In this document: piece by piece, positions 1 through 12,022 of the stretch
Position numbering within the stretch: the first letter of the stretch is position 1
Layout of the letters: each line of letters opens with the position of its first letter
Assembly: GCA_035281505.1 (NCBI GenBank)
Contig: DATEDT010000114.1
Span: forward strand, 5,488-69,487
Source of the DNA: Aeromicrobium sp.
Lineage (GTDB): Bacteria; Actinomycetota; Actinomycetes; Propionibacteriales; Nocardioidaceae
Direction: 5' to 3'
DNA: 64,000 bases
Notes under the pieces: generated by a model
Seen by the model: the letters and a program-made list of their open reading frames with translations, nothing else
What the model was told of the DNA's origin: nothing
Database searches by the model: none
Position numbers and translations under genes: made by a program

Positions 1-1
1 G

Positions 2-2292
<2,291 letters not shown>

Positions 2293-2296
<4 letters not shown>

Positions 2297-3066
2297 GTGC
2301 TGAGCCGCGAGGAGTGAGTACGGTCCGCATCGTCGGCATCGGCAGCGGTCATCCGGATCAGTTGACGGTCGAGGCCGTCGATGCCCTGCGCTCGGCGGAC
2401 TTTGCGATCGCCGCGCGCAAGCGGGACGATGACCCGCTGCTGGCGCTCCGGCAGGAGATCATCGACCGGCACGCGCCCGGACTCGAGATCGTCGAGGTCG
2501 ATGACCCGGACCGGGACCGCTCGGCGGAGGCCACGGCCAGCAAAGACGGCTACGAGGCCGCCGTATCCGACTGGCACGATGCACGCGCGGCGCGCTACGA
2601 AGAAGTCCTCGGCAGTCGCCGCGGCCAGGCTGCGATGTTGGTATGGGGCGATCCGGCTTTCTACGACTCAACCATTCGCATCGTCGAGCGCATCCTCGAC
2701 CGGGGCAATCTCGTGTTCGCCTGGGACGTCGTGCCCGGCATCTCGGCACTGCAGCTGCTCGCCGCGCGGCACCGCATCGTCCTGCACGAGATCGGCCAGC
2801 CGATTCTGGTGACGACCGGACGGCGCCTCCGCGAGGCGATCGACGCGGGTGCGGAGAACGTCCTCGTCATGCTCAGCGCCGCCGTGGACCTGACCGGGTT
2901 GGACGACTGGCACATTTGGTGGGGTGCCAACCTCGGCACCGACGTCGAGTACCTGATCACCGGCCGCGTCGCTGAGGCCGCAGCCGGAATCACCGCAGCC
3001 CGTGAGCGGGTCAAGGCTGAGTGCGGCTGGGTGATGGACACCTACCTGCTGCGACGTCCTGACTAG
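2293..3066 (+). CDS. cobF: Precorrin-6A synthase (deacetylating)
   Basis: 257 aa. 'VRIVGIGSGHPDQLTVEA', 'MLVWGDPAFYDSTIRIVERI', 'VVPGISALQLLAARH' and C-terminal 'GWVMDTYLLRR' match my memory of CobF. GTGA overlap with the cobN stop. Confidence 0.85.
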
Positions 3067-4022
3067 GCCTTCTTCAATCGACCGATGACCCCGTCGATGT
3101 CCCGTTGCAGCATGTCCCGCCGGACGAAGTGCGCACCAGACAGTTCGTGCCACTCGTGCGGAATCCCGCGCGATGCCAAGATGCCGCGCCATTCGCGCTG
3201 GCCGTTGCGAACCGGTGTTTCGTTCACGTCCTCATCCAGACCGCAGACCATGAAGATGCGCTTGTCCAGGTAGCTGTTGATCCGCTCGACCGGGTTGTCC
3301 GCGGTGACACGGGCCTGATCCCAGAAGGGCTCGCCATAGATCGTGCCGCCGTTCAGATCGATCTTCGAGCTCTGATTCGCCCAGTGGGCCACCAGGCCGC
3401 CATCGCGGCGCAGGCTGGCAGGCCCGGAGTGCGAACTTACGGATGCGAAGTGACCGTAGTACTTCGCGGTGTACTTCAGTGCTCCGAATCCACCCATGGA
3501 GAACCCGCCGACGGCCCTCCCGTCGTACTCGGCGTAGGTGCGGAAGTTCGCATCGACCCAGGGGATCAGTTGGTTGATGTGGAAGTTCTCCCAGTTCTTC
3601 GGTCCGCTGAAGCTCGTCTTCGGGTTGCTGTACCACCCGGCCCCGCCGCCGTCTGGCATCACGACGATCAGCTTTCGGCCCGCGGTCAGGCCCCGGATGT
3701 CGTCTTCCATGTCGAACTTGCGGAAATCCTGGAGGCCGCCGTGCAGGAGGTAATAGACGGGGTAGCGCCGCGTCGTCGTCGTGAAGTAGTCATCGGGAAG
3801 CAGGACGTTGACGCCCGGCTGCCAACTGATCTGGTTGGTCGCGAACCGGAAGTAGTGCATTCGGCCGAACACAGCCTGATCGGTGATGGTCAGCCCGAAG
3901 CCGTTGTTGGCTGCTGCCGCCACTCCTCCACCCAGTCCCACCGAGCCGAGTGCGCCGAGCGCTGCCGCGCCGCCGGCCAACTTCAACAGCGTGCGCCGAT
4001 CGAGCGGCTCGTTGGCATCCAT
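3063..4022 (-). CDS. Secreted esterase-family alpha/beta hydrolase (esterase D / antigen-85-like)
   Basis: 319 aa. Twin-arginine signal 'DRRTLLKLAGGAAALGALG', 'YPVYYLLHG', and nucleophile elbow 'GFSMGG'. 4-nt 3' overlap with cobF. Confidence 0.7.
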   Translation of the reverse strand: MDANEPLDRRTLLKLAGGAAALGALGSVGLGGGVAAAANNGFGLTITDQAVFGRMHYFRFATNQISWQPGVNVLLPDDYFTTTTRRYPVYYLLHGGLQDFRKFDMEDDIRGLTAGRKLIVVMPDGGGAGWYSNPKTSFSGPKNWENFHINQLIPWVDANFRTYAEYDGRAVGGFSMGGFGALKYTAKYYGHFASVSSHSGPASLRRDGGLVAHWANQSSKIDLNGGTIYGEPFWDQARVTADNPVERINSYLDKRIFMVCGLDEDVNETPVRNGQREWRGILASRGIPHEWHELSGAHFVRRDMLQRDIDGVIGRLKKA

Positions 4023-4132
4023 GTGGTCCTCCGTGGTCGATCAGGTCACCCAAATATCGGTGCGGTCGCAGGGACAGGGCCATGGCCGAGTGGGCCACTT
4101 TGGTTGTCATTTCGGGCCACGCGGGGTAGGAC

Positions 4133-5143
4133 ATGAGCGTGGTGGAGTGGTTCGACCGGCCAGCCGTTCCCGTTGCGTACGCGCTGCTCATTGGTGATGT
4201 GGCGTCGTCGTTCGGGGTCGGCCAGGAGTTGTTCGAGGCCGCCGGTGTCGCGCCCGAGGCACTGGTCGATCCGGACGGCCGCCTGACCGCGATGCAGGCC
4301 GGAAGCCTCCTGCACTTCGGCATGGAGCTGACTCGGGAGCCCGGATTCGGCTATGAGGTCGGGTTGCGCAGCAGTTTGACGTCCCACGGCGTCATGGCTT
4401 TCGGGCTGCTGACGTCGGCCACCTTGCGCCAAGCCATCCAGCTCGGTGCCGAGTACAGCAGCGTCCGCCTGCCGATGCTGGGGATCCAGCTCGTTGAGGA
4501 TGGCGAGCAAGCCGGGGTCGACGTGCAACAGACTTTCCCGCTCGGCGCTGTCCGCCAATGTCTGTTCGACCTGTTCCTCGTCGGGCTGGCGCGCATGACC
4601 CCGGCGCTGACGGGCCGACCCGTGGATTCTGTCGAGCTGTGGTTCGAGTGCATGGAACCGGAGCACTTTGCTCGGTACCGCGACCGGCTGCCCCCGGTGC
4701 GCTTCGGTATGGGCGTCAATCAGCTCCGGTTCGACGCGGAGTATCTCGACCTTCCGTTCGACACCGCCAATGAGCTCGCATCCCGCGTTGCGCAACAGCA
4801 GATGGCCGGCGAACTCACCCGAATCGGCCTGTCTGACGAAGACCTCGTCGGGCGGGTGCGCGCTCTGCTGACCGCCGGAGCGGCCTCCGGTCTCGCCGAC
4901 GTCGCGCAGGCCCTGCACGTCTCACCGCGAACGCTCAAGCGCCGGTTGAGCGACCACGGAGTGACGTTCCACGCGTTGGTGTCTGACGTACGACGCACCG
5001 AGGCGATCCGGCTACTTCGCCATTCAGTCCTGACCGTCGAGCAGATCGGTGCTCAGCTCGGCTACGCCGACGCCGGCAACTTCTGCCGGGCATTCAAGCG
5101 GTGGACCGGCACGACACCCGGGATGGTTCGGAGATCCGGCTGA
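4133..5143 (+). CDS. AraC family transcriptional regulator
   Basis: 336 aa. C-terminal double HTH 'SPRTLKRRLSDHGVTFHALV...IGAQLGYADAGNFCRAFKRWTGTTPG'. Confidence 0.85.
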   Translation: MSVVEWFDRPAVPVAYALLIGDVASSFGVGQELFEAAGVAPEALVDPDGRLTAMQAGSLLHFGMELTREPGFGYEVGLRSSLTSHGVMAFGLLTSATLRQAIQLGAEYSSVRLPMLGIQLVEDGEQAGVDVQQTFPLGAVRQCLFDLFLVGLARMTPALTGRPVDSVELWFECMEPEHFARYRDRLPPVRFGMGVNQLRFDAEYLDLPFDTANELASRVAQQQMAGELTRIGLSDEDLVGRVRALLTAGAASGLADVAQALHVSPRTLKRRLSDHGVTFHALVSDVRRTEAIRLLRHSVLTVEQIGAQLGYADAGNFCRAFKRWTGTTPGMVRRSG

Positions 5144-5175
5144 CCCGTCTGCCGTCAGGAGTCCGGCCCCGCGGC

Positions 5176-5643
5176 TCACATCTCCGGCGGGACCGCCTCG
5201 AACTCGACCACGCGCTGGCGCAGGGTATCCGGGAGCGGCGCTGTCCGCTGATTGGCGTAGTCGAACCAGACGACCACGGCCCTCGAGGTCGCCGCGGGGG
5301 AGTCTTCGCCGGCCAGGAAGATCCCGGCCTCGATGGTGAAGCTCTTCGTGCCGAGCTTCGCGGTGCGGGTGCCGATCTCGAGCTGCGCCGGGTACCGCAC
5401 CTGGCCGAGGAAGCTGCACTGAATGTCCGCCAGGATCGGTCCCTCGCCGTCGCCGGCGAGGCCGGAAGCAGCGCCGATGGTGTCGAAGTAGGCGATGCGG
5501 CCGGACTCGGCGTAGCGGAAGTAGATCACGTTGTTGACGTGTCCGAGCGAGTCCATGTCACCCCACTGGACGGGCAGGGAGATGAAATGCACGAAGTCTG
5601 AGCGGTTCACCCGGACAGTCTGCCGGGGCGGCCCGCCACCCAA
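5176..5643 (-). CDS. Acyl-CoA thioesterase, hotdog fold (4HBT/YbgC-like)
   Basis: 155 aa. 'VQWGDMDSLGHVNNVIYFRYAESGRI' resembles the 4HBT N-terminal catalytic motif. The start codon is uncertain. Confidence 0.65.
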   Translation of the reverse strand: MGGGPPRQTVRVNRSDFVHFISLPVQWGDMDSLGHVNNVIYFRYAESGRIAYFDTIGAASGLAGDGEGPILADIQCSFLGQVRYPAQLEIGTRTAKLGTKSFTIEAGIFLAGEDSPAATSRAVVVWFDYANQRTAPLPDTLRQRVVEFEAVPPEM

Positions 5644-5654
5644 CTGCGTGGGTG

Positions 5655-6056
5655 TCAGGCCTGGTTGATCCGGATCATGTTCCCGGACGGATCGCGGAAC
5701 GCGCAGTCACGGGCACCCCACGGCTGGTCCATCGGTTCTTGCATCACGTCGGCACCGGAGGCGCGCACCTTCTCGAACGTCTCGTCCAGATCGGCGACCG
5801 CGAAGCTGACGCCGTTGAGCGCACCCTTGGCGAGCAGCCGGGCCATCGTGTCGCCATCCTCCGGCGAGCGCCCGGCGTGGGGATCGGACAGCACCAGGTT
5901 GACGCCGGGCTGCTCCGGTAGCGCGAGGGTGGCCCAGAAGGATCCACCGCGCTCGACATCGCCGACCAGCTCCATGCCGAGGGCGTCACGGTAGAAGGTG
6001 AGGGCGATGTCCTTGTCGTGGACAGTGAGGAATGCGTTGTTGATGGTGATCGTCAT
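5655..6056 (-). CDS. VOC (glyoxalase/bleomycin-resistance) family protein
   Basis: 133 aa with 'FYRDALGMEL' and 'WGARDCAFRDPSGNMIRI'. Confidence 0.75.
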   Translation of the reverse strand: MTITINNAFLTVHDKDIALTFYRDALGMELVGDVERGGSFWATLALPEQPGVNLVLSDPHAGRSPEDGDTMARLLAKGALNGVSFAVADLDETFEKVRASGADVMQEPMDQPWGARDCAFRDPSGNMIRINQA

Positions 6057-6071
6057 GACTCCAGCCTTCCG

Positions 6072-6509
6072 TCACGCCCCGTCTCGGCGCTTCTTGATTC
6101 CTGCTCGATTGGCTTCCTTGTCGATGCATGCGGGCAGTCCGGTGTCTACGTGCGCGCGGCTGCGATAGGCGGAGGGCGTCTCGCCGACCAGTTCGGTGAA
6201 CCGCGCACTGAACGACCCCAGGGATGTACAGCCGACGGCCATGCAGACATCGGTGACGCTCAGGTCGCCGCGCCGCAGCAACGCCATCGCGCGCTCGATC
6301 CGCCGCGTCATCAGATAGCCGTACGGCGTCTCGCCGTAGGCGCGTTTGAACTGGCGGGCGAAGTGCGCTGGCGACATCAGCGCCTCCCGCGCCATCCGGG
6401 GGACGTCGAGCGGCTGGTCGTACTCGCGGTCCATCAGGTCCTTCGCGCTGCGCAGCCGGGCCAGCTCGGCGAGTTCGCGCGCTTGGGTGGCGGACGTCGA
6501 CGGGGTCAC
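6072..6509 (-). CDS. Small AraC-type HTH regulator
   Basis: Contains 'HFARQFKRAYGETPYGYLMTRRIERAMALLRRGDLSVTDVCMAVGCTSLGSFSARFTELVGETPSAYR'. The ORF is open to 6623, but that start would overlap the divergent epimerase start, so GTG 6509 was chosen (uncertain). Confidence 0.7.
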   Translation of the reverse strand: MTPSTSATQARELAELARLRSAKDLMDREYDQPLDVPRMAREALMSPAHFARQFKRAYGETPYGYLMTRRIERAMALLRRGDLSVTDVCMAVGCTSLGSFSARFTELVGETPSAYRSRAHVDTGLPACIDKEANRAGIKKRRDGA

Positions 6510-6557
6510 ACGCACAGTCTGCCGTGACCCGGCGGCGGCTCCCGTAGGCTCGGGCGC

Positions 6558-7550
6558 ATGAGTGCGCAGGAAGCGACGGGGCACGCCTTGGTCACCGGCT
6601 CGGCCGGCTTCATCGGGAGTCACCTGGTCGATCGGCTGTTGGCCGAGGGGTGGACGGTGACCGGCATCGACAACTTCGATCCCTACTACGCCGAGTCACA
6701 GAAGCGCCGGAACATGGCCGGGCACGTCGACCACGCCGCCTTCCGTTTCCATGAGTTGGACTTCCGCGACGCCGACTCGCTCACGGCACTCGACGGCGAC
6801 TACGACGTCATCGTGCACCTGGCCGCGAAGGCCGGCGTGCGCAACTCGTTGCTCGACCCGCTCGGCTACCAGATGACCAACATCGTGGGCACGCAGAACC
6901 TGCTGACGTTCGCGCATGAGCGCGGCATCACGCCGTTCGTCTGTGCCAGCTCCAGCAGCGTCTACGGCAACTGCCCCCGGCTGCCCTGGAGCGAAGACGA
7001 TCACGACCTGCTGCCCATCAATCCCTACGCCTCGACGAAGTTGGCGTGCGAGCAGCTCGGATACGTGTACGCCAACACGTTCGGGATGCGTTTCGTCGGC
7101 CTTCGGTTCTTCACCGTCTACGGACCCCGCCAGCGGCCCGACCTGGCGATCCACAAGTTCGCCCGCAAGATGCTTGCCGGCGAGCCCATCCCGGTGTTCG
7201 GAGACGGCAGTGCCGAGCGAGACTTCACCTACTGCGACGACATCGTCTCCGGTGTCATCGGCTCGATGCGCCATGCGATGGACCCGCAGAAGTCGAACTA
7301 CGAGGTCTTCAACCTCGGACACAACCGGACGATCAGCCTGGCCGACATGATCAGTCGCCTGGAGAAGGTGCTTGGTCTTTCCGCCGTCATCGACTGGCAG
7401 GACTGGCAGCCCGGTGACATGCGGCGGACGTGGGCGACCATCGACAAGGCCAACCACATGCTCGGCTATGAACCGGTCACCGACTTCGACGAAGGCCTCC
7501 AGCGCTTCGCCGCCTGGCTGGACGAGACGCTCGCTGCCGAACGCGCATGA
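6558..7550 (+). CDS. NAD-dependent nucleotide-sugar epimerase/dehydratase (SDR)
   Basis: 330 aa. Rossmann motif 'VTGSAGFIGSHL' and catalytic 'YASTKLACE' (YxxxK). Confidence 0.85.
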   Translation: MSAQEATGHALVTGSAGFIGSHLVDRLLAEGWTVTGIDNFDPYYAESQKRRNMAGHVDHAAFRFHELDFRDADSLTALDGDYDVIVHLAAKAGVRNSLLDPLGYQMTNIVGTQNLLTFAHERGITPFVCASSSSVYGNCPRLPWSEDDHDLLPINPYASTKLACEQLGYVYANTFGMRFVGLRFFTVYGPRQRPDLAIHKFARKMLAGEPIPVFGDGSAERDFTYCDDIVSGVIGSMRHAMDPQKSNYEVFNLGHNRTISLADMISRLEKVLGLSAVIDWQDWQPGDMRRTWATIDKANHMLGYEPVTDFDEGLQRFAAWLDETLAAERA

Positions 7551-8479
7551 CCCAGCAGGGCCGTGTGCGCCGCGCGCTGGGCAGCGCAGTCGGGCTCGTC
7601 GTCCTCGGTGTCTTCGGATGGGCCGTCCAGCACTATTGGGGTTGGCAGAAGCTCTTCGTGCCCTGGACGTGGGTCCCGGTGTGGCTGGTCGCGGTGGTGG
7701 TCGTGGCGCAGCTGGCCAGCTATTCGGTGCGGGCCTACCGGATCTACCACGCCGAGCCGGAGATCCCGCGCGGGCGCTGGCACGACTGCCTCAAGCTCAT
7801 CCTGCTGAACAACACGGCGAACCTGCTGCTCCCTGCCCGCACGGGCGAAGCGAGCTTCCCACTGCTGCTCAACCGTTGGTTCGGCGTCGGCGCTGCGAAG
7901 GGGTCCGGCACTCTGCTCTGGTTGCGGATGCTCGACCTGGCGGTGCTGGCGGTGCTGGCGCTCGCGGTGCTCGGTCGGACGCTGGTGCCCGGAATCCCCA
8001 TCGCGCTGCTTGCCGGACTCTGTCTCGCGGGTGTCGCCGCTCCGCTGCTCGCCTTGCCCGTACACGCGCGGGTCGCCCGCGGCCTCACCGGACGCGACGG
8101 CAGGATCGCCGGGCTCGTCGGCAAGGTTCTGGCCGGCGTACCCAACCGAACGCGTCAGGTCCTGGTCGACATCGGCCTGACCTGGACGGCGTGGGGCATC
8201 AAGCTGGCGGCGTTGGCGATCGTGTTTGCTCAGCTCGCCGGGCTGTCGCTGCCGGCCGCGCTGATGGGCGCCATCGGGGGCGACCTGTCGACGGTCCTGC
8301 CGGTCCATGCCCCCGGTGGTTTCGGCACCTATGAGGCCGGCGTCGTCGGGCTGGTGGCGCTCGTGGCCGACGCCGGGCCGGCGTTGCTCGCCGCCGCGGT
8401 CAACCTGCACTTGCTCGTCCTGGGCATCGCCCTGATGGGTGGGGCCTATGCTTGGCTGACACAGCCACGCCGCACCTAA
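7547..8479 (+). CDS. Polytopic membrane protein, UPF0104 / lysyl-PG-synthase-TM ('flippase-like') type
   Basis: 310 aa with about 8 hydrophobic segments and an ATGA overlap with the epimerase gene. The family call rests on topology and neighbourhood only. Confidence 0.5.
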   Translation: MTQQGRVRRALGSAVGLVVLGVFGWAVQHYWGWQKLFVPWTWVPVWLVAVVVVAQLASYSVRAYRIYHAEPEIPRGRWHDCLKLILLNNTANLLLPARTGEASFPLLLNRWFGVGAAKGSGTLLWLRMLDLAVLAVLALAVLGRTLVPGIPIALLAGLCLAGVAAPLLALPVHARVARGLTGRDGRIAGLVGKVLAGVPNRTRQVLVDIGLTWTAWGIKLAALAIVFAQLAGLSLPAALMGAIGGDLSTVLPVHAPGGFGTYEAGVVGLVALVADAGPALLAAAVNLHLLVLGIALMGGAYAWLTQPRRT

Positions 8480-9567
8480 AGGGCACTGTCATCGAGAATC
8501 CCCCCCAGACCCCAGTCGCCCAATCATCGGCACAGGGCGTCCCGAGCCTGTCCGTCGTCATCCCGATGTACCGCGAACAGGACAACGTCAGACCGATGTT
8601 GGAGGGCGTCCACGCCGGGCTTGCCGAGTACCCAGGCCCTTGGGAACTCATCGTCGTCGACGACGGCTCGACCGACGAGACGGGCCCGCGTCTCGTCGAA
8701 GCGGCGAAGGAGTACGGCCCGCACGTTCGGGTGTTGCGCTTCGCCCGCAACCATGGCCAGACGGCGGCGATGCAGGCCGGCATCGATGCCGCGCGCGGTG
8801 TCGTGATCGCCACCCTCGACGGCGACCTGCAGAACGACCCGGCCGACATCCCGCGGCTGGTCACCGAGATGTTGGACCGTGACCTCGACCTGCTCGCGGG
8901 CAAGCGTGCGAACCGCCAGGATGCCTGGCTTTCGCGCAAACTGCCGAGCAAGATCGCCAACCGCATCATCGGCCGCGTCACCGGCGTGCGCATCACCGAC
9001 TACGGCTGCAGCCTCAAGGTCTACCGGGCCAGCGTCATCAAGCAGGTCCGGTTGTACGGCGAGATGCACCGCTTCATCCCGGTGTGGGCGGCCATGGTCA
9101 CCTCTCCGCACCGGATCGCCGAATCCCCGGTGAGCCACTCGGCCCGCCAGTTCGGTAGCAGCAAGTATGGGATCTCCCGTACCTTCCGGGTCATCCTCGA
9201 CCTGCTGACCGTGTCGTTCTTCCTGCGCTTCCAAGCTCGCCCGGGCCACTTCTTCGGATCGCTCGGCCTGATTCTCGGCGCCATCGGTGGCGCCGTGATG
9301 TCCTACTTGGCCGTCGTGAAGTTCGCCTTCGGGCAGGACATCGGCGACCGGCCGCTGTTCCTGATCAGCATCCTGTTGCTGGTGTTCTCGATGCAGTTCA
9401 TCACCACCGGGATCATCTCCGAGATGCTCACGCGCATCTTCTACCAGGACCGTCCGCGGGTCGCCTTGGTCAACGAAGCGACGAACGTGCACGACGGCAC
9501 GGCCGGATGGATGACGCAGTCGTTCACGGGAACGGGAGCGGACGAAGTCACAGCACGAAGGGGATGA
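8452..9567 (+). CDS. GT2 polyprenyl-phosphate glycosyltransferase (GtrB/ArnC/PpgS-like)
   Basis: 371 aa. 'LSVVIPMYREQDN', 'IVVDDGSTDETG', 'LDGDLQNDP' (DxD), and two C-terminal TM helices. The only in-frame start upstream of the conserved core is TTG 8452, giving a 28-nt overlap with the previous gene. Confidence 0.85.
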   Translation: MADTATPHLKGTVIENPPQTPVAQSSAQGVPSLSVVIPMYREQDNVRPMLEGVHAGLAEYPGPWELIVVDDGSTDETGPRLVEAAKEYGPHVRVLRFARNHGQTAAMQAGIDAARGVVIATLDGDLQNDPADIPRLVTEMLDRDLDLLAGKRANRQDAWLSRKLPSKIANRIIGRVTGVRITDYGCSLKVYRASVIKQVRLYGEMHRFIPVWAAMVTSPHRIAESPVSHSARQFGSSKYGISRTFRVILDLLTVSFFLRFQARPGHFFGSLGLILGAIGGAVMSYLAVVKFAFGQDIGDRPLFLISILLLVFSMQFITTGIISEMLTRIFYQDRPRVALVNEATNVHDGTAGWMTQSFTGTGADEVTARRG

Positions 9568-10309
9568 CCCACTTCGTGCGCTTCTTGTACGCGGCCCACT
9601 CCGGGTAGCGCGACATGCTGGCTTCCTTCATGACCATGTTCGTCAGGAACAGGTCCGTCCACACCCAAGCCAGCACCACGAACGGGATCCAGTGCCACAC
9701 CAGCAGCGCGAGCCCGCCGTAGATCATCATCTCGCCGGTGTAGTTGGGATGGCGGACATAGGTGAACATGCCATCGGTGATGAGCCCACGTTTGATGCGC
9801 AACGTGAAGTGCTTCTGGGCGTCGGCCGCGATCATGATGACCGAGCCGAGCATCGTCACCGTGATGCACAGCGCGAACCACGCGGTGTCCGGTAGCGGGT
9901 ACTCCGTGGCGGCGCGGCCGGAGATCAGCAGCCAGCCGAACAGCCAGTAGAGCCCGAGCACCATCACGAAGGCGTTGATTCCGCCGAGGACGGTGACCCT
10001 CTTCTGCCAGCTCGGGTCGGGGAACGCCTTGTCCTTGAGGTACCAGACCAGTCCGTACGTGCCGTGCAGGGCGAGGTAGATCCACGCAGCGGTGCTGGTG
10101 GCTGCTTCGACACCGCGGCTGGAGTAGAACCACATCAAGAGCCCGAGGAAGGCGAAGGTCCCGGTTTTCTGGAAGTTGATGACCGTCGCGAGCTTCCACG
10201 GCCGTGGGCCGCCACCGATGTCCTGAGTCAGGAAGTCGTTGTTGCGGCGCAGCAGTTGTGCCCACTTCGGTGCAGCGTAGGCCGTCGTCGCGTTGTCCTG
10301 AAGCGTCAT
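9548..10309 (-). CDS. Membrane methyltransferase-like protein (ICMT/PEMT/DUF1295 superfamily)
   Basis: 253 aa from ATG 10309 (ORF open to 10459). Multi-TM protein with the signature 'TYVRHPNYTGEMMIYGG'. 20-nt convergent overlap with the GT2 gene. Confidence 0.6.
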   Translation of the reverse strand: MTLQDNATTAYAAPKWAQLLRRNNDFLTQDIGGGPRPWKLATVINFQKTGTFAFLGLLMWFYSSRGVEAATSTAAWIYLALHGTYGLVWYLKDKAFPDPSWQKRVTVLGGINAFVMVLGLYWLFGWLLISGRAATEYPLPDTAWFALCITVTMLGSVIMIAADAQKHFTLRIKRGLITDGMFTYVRHPNYTGEMMIYGGLALLVWHWIPFVVLAWVWTDLFLTNMVMKEASMSRYPEWAAYKKRTKWVIPFVL

Positions 10310-10397
10310 GCCGCCATCATGGCCCAGCCGCGACGAGGCGGACAGAGGTTGGGACAAAAGCGATGCATCGTGCCCAGCCGCGGCCTGGTGGCCGAAG

Positions 10398-11033
10398 CTA
10401 CGACGACCCGTGCGCGGCCACCCATTCCAGGAAGGGTGTGGCGACCCGCCAGTCGGCACGCACCCGATCGATCAGGTCCGGTGCGTGAATGACAGGGTCG
10501 AATCCGTACTCGCGGCCGACCGTCAGCGACTTGTGACGCAGCAACTCGATTCGCGGGTGCTCGACGTCGTACCCGCGCGGTGCGGTCTTGAGCGTCTCCC
10601 CGCCGATCTTCCAACCGGCGGCCTCCAGCTCGGCCAGGATCCCGACGAGCTGCGTCCCGTGCGCCTCGTCCGAGATGGCCTCTCGGATCACCGCGAGCCG
10701 CGTCGACGACGCCTCGTAGAAGCCGGCACCGACCATCACGCCGGCGGCGCCGATCTGCACGTAGTACCCGGTGGACGGCCCGGTGGCGACGTACGCACCC
10801 TGGTGCGTCTTGTACGGCGACTTGTCCTTCGCAAACCGCACGTCACGGTACGGGCGGAAGATCTTCGCCGCACCGAACTCGGGCTCGAGGGCTGCGGTCA
10901 GCGCCTTCATCGGTGCGGCGACGGCTTCGTCGTAGATCGCCTTGTGCGCCTGCCAGAACGACTTGGTGTTGTCGAGCTCGAGGTCGTCGTAGAAGTCCAG
11001 GGCTGCCTCGGGGAAACCGGTGAAGTCGCTCAT
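10398..11033 (-). CDS. DUF2461 (TIGR02453) family protein
   Basis: 211 aa from ATG 11033. Motifs 'FTGFPEAALDFYDDLELDNTKSFWQAHK' and 'IFRPYRDVRFAKDKSPYKTH'. 4-nt overlap with the upstream stop codon. Confidence 0.7.
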   Translation of the reverse strand: MSDFTGFPEAALDFYDDLELDNTKSFWQAHKAIYDEAVAAPMKALTAALEPEFGAAKIFRPYRDVRFAKDKSPYKTHQGAYVATGPSTGYYVQIGAAGVMVGAGFYEASSTRLAVIREAISDEAHGTQLVGILAELEAAGWKIGGETLKTAPRGYDVEHPRIELLRHKSLTVGREYGFDPVIHAPDLIDRVRADWRVATPFLEWVAAHGSS

Positions 11034-12010
11034 GGCGCGTCGGGCGTCAACACGATCTTGCCGAGGGCTCCGCGGTGGTCCATCACGGACAGCGCGCGAC
11101 CGGCGTCGGCCAACGCGAACTCGGCGCCGATCGGTGGCCTGATGACTCCGGACTCGATGTGGGGGCGCAACTCCTCGAACTGGTACCGGATGAATCCTGG
11201 CCGCGACAGTGCGTAGTGCCCCCATCCGACACCGAGGACGCCGGTGTTGTTGAGCAGAAGCCGGTTGACCTTGACTTCGGGGATCTGGCCTTCGTCCGTG
11301 AACCCGATGACGAGAACGCGGCCGTGCGTTCGCAGGCTGCGCAGCGAGTCAGTGAAGCGGCTCCCGCCCACAGGGTCGACGACGATGTCGATCCCGTCGA
11401 CTCCGTCGAGTTCCTTGGTGGCGGCCAGGAAGCCGTCGGCCGGGACGGCGTCGTCGGCTCCGGCAGCGTGCGCGATGGCCCGCTTCTCCTCGGTCGACGC
11501 GACCGCGATGACGCGGCCGGCGCCAAAGGCCTTCGCGGTCTGGATCGCCGCCGTGCCGACGCCGCCGGCGGCGCCATGGACCAGCACGACCTCGCCCGGC
11601 TGAAGGTGTGCGCGGGTGACCAGTGCGAAGTGCGCGGTCAGGTAGTTGAGCGGAAGCGCCGCGCCCTGGGCGTAGGACAGCTCATCTGGCAGGGCGAAGG
11701 TGTTGTCGGCCGGCGCGACCGCGTACTCGGCGAACCCACCGAGCATCACCATCGCGGCCACCCGATCGCCGGGGGTGAAACCCGAGCCGTCCGGCGCGGA
11801 CACCACGTCGCCAGCCACCTCCGATCCCGGTGTGAACGGCGGGTCCGGCTTGAACTGGTAGAGGCCGCGCGTCTGCAGCAGCTCGGGGAACGAGATGCCG
11901 GCCGCGCGCACTCGGATGAGCACTTGGTCTGGGCCGGCCTCCGGGACGGGGACGTCATTGAGCTGAACCGCGTCGGGCCCGTCGAGGCAGACGATCTGGA
12001 TGGCCTTCAT
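11030..12010 (-). CDS. NADPH:quinone oxidoreductase (MDR/zeta-crystallin family)
   Basis: 326 aa with 'GSEVAGDV' and the NADPH motif 'VLVHGAAGGVGTAAIQ'. Confidence 0.85.
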   Translation of the reverse strand: MKAIQIVCLDGPDAVQLNDVPVPEAGPDQVLIRVRAAGISFPELLQTRGLYQFKPDPPFTPGSEVAGDVVSAPDGSGFTPGDRVAAMVMLGGFAEYAVAPADNTFALPDELSYAQGAALPLNYLTAHFALVTRAHLQPGEVVLVHGAAGGVGTAAIQTAKAFGAGRVIAVASTEEKRAIAHAAGADDAVPADGFLAATKELDGVDGIDIVVDPVGGSRFTDSLRSLRTHGRVLVIGFTDEGQIPEVKVNRLLLNNTGVLGVGWGHYALSRPGFIRYQFEELRPHIESGVIRPPIGAEFALADAGRALSVMDHRGALGKIVLTPDAP

Positions 12011-12022
12011 GGACCGAGGTTA

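Noticed and set aside
10320-10382. 11-nt direct repeat 'gcccagccgcg' in the ICMT-like / DUF2461 spacer
   Set aside because: It is a short, GC-only word in a ~75% GC genome, so chance occurrence is likely and no associated structure is seen.
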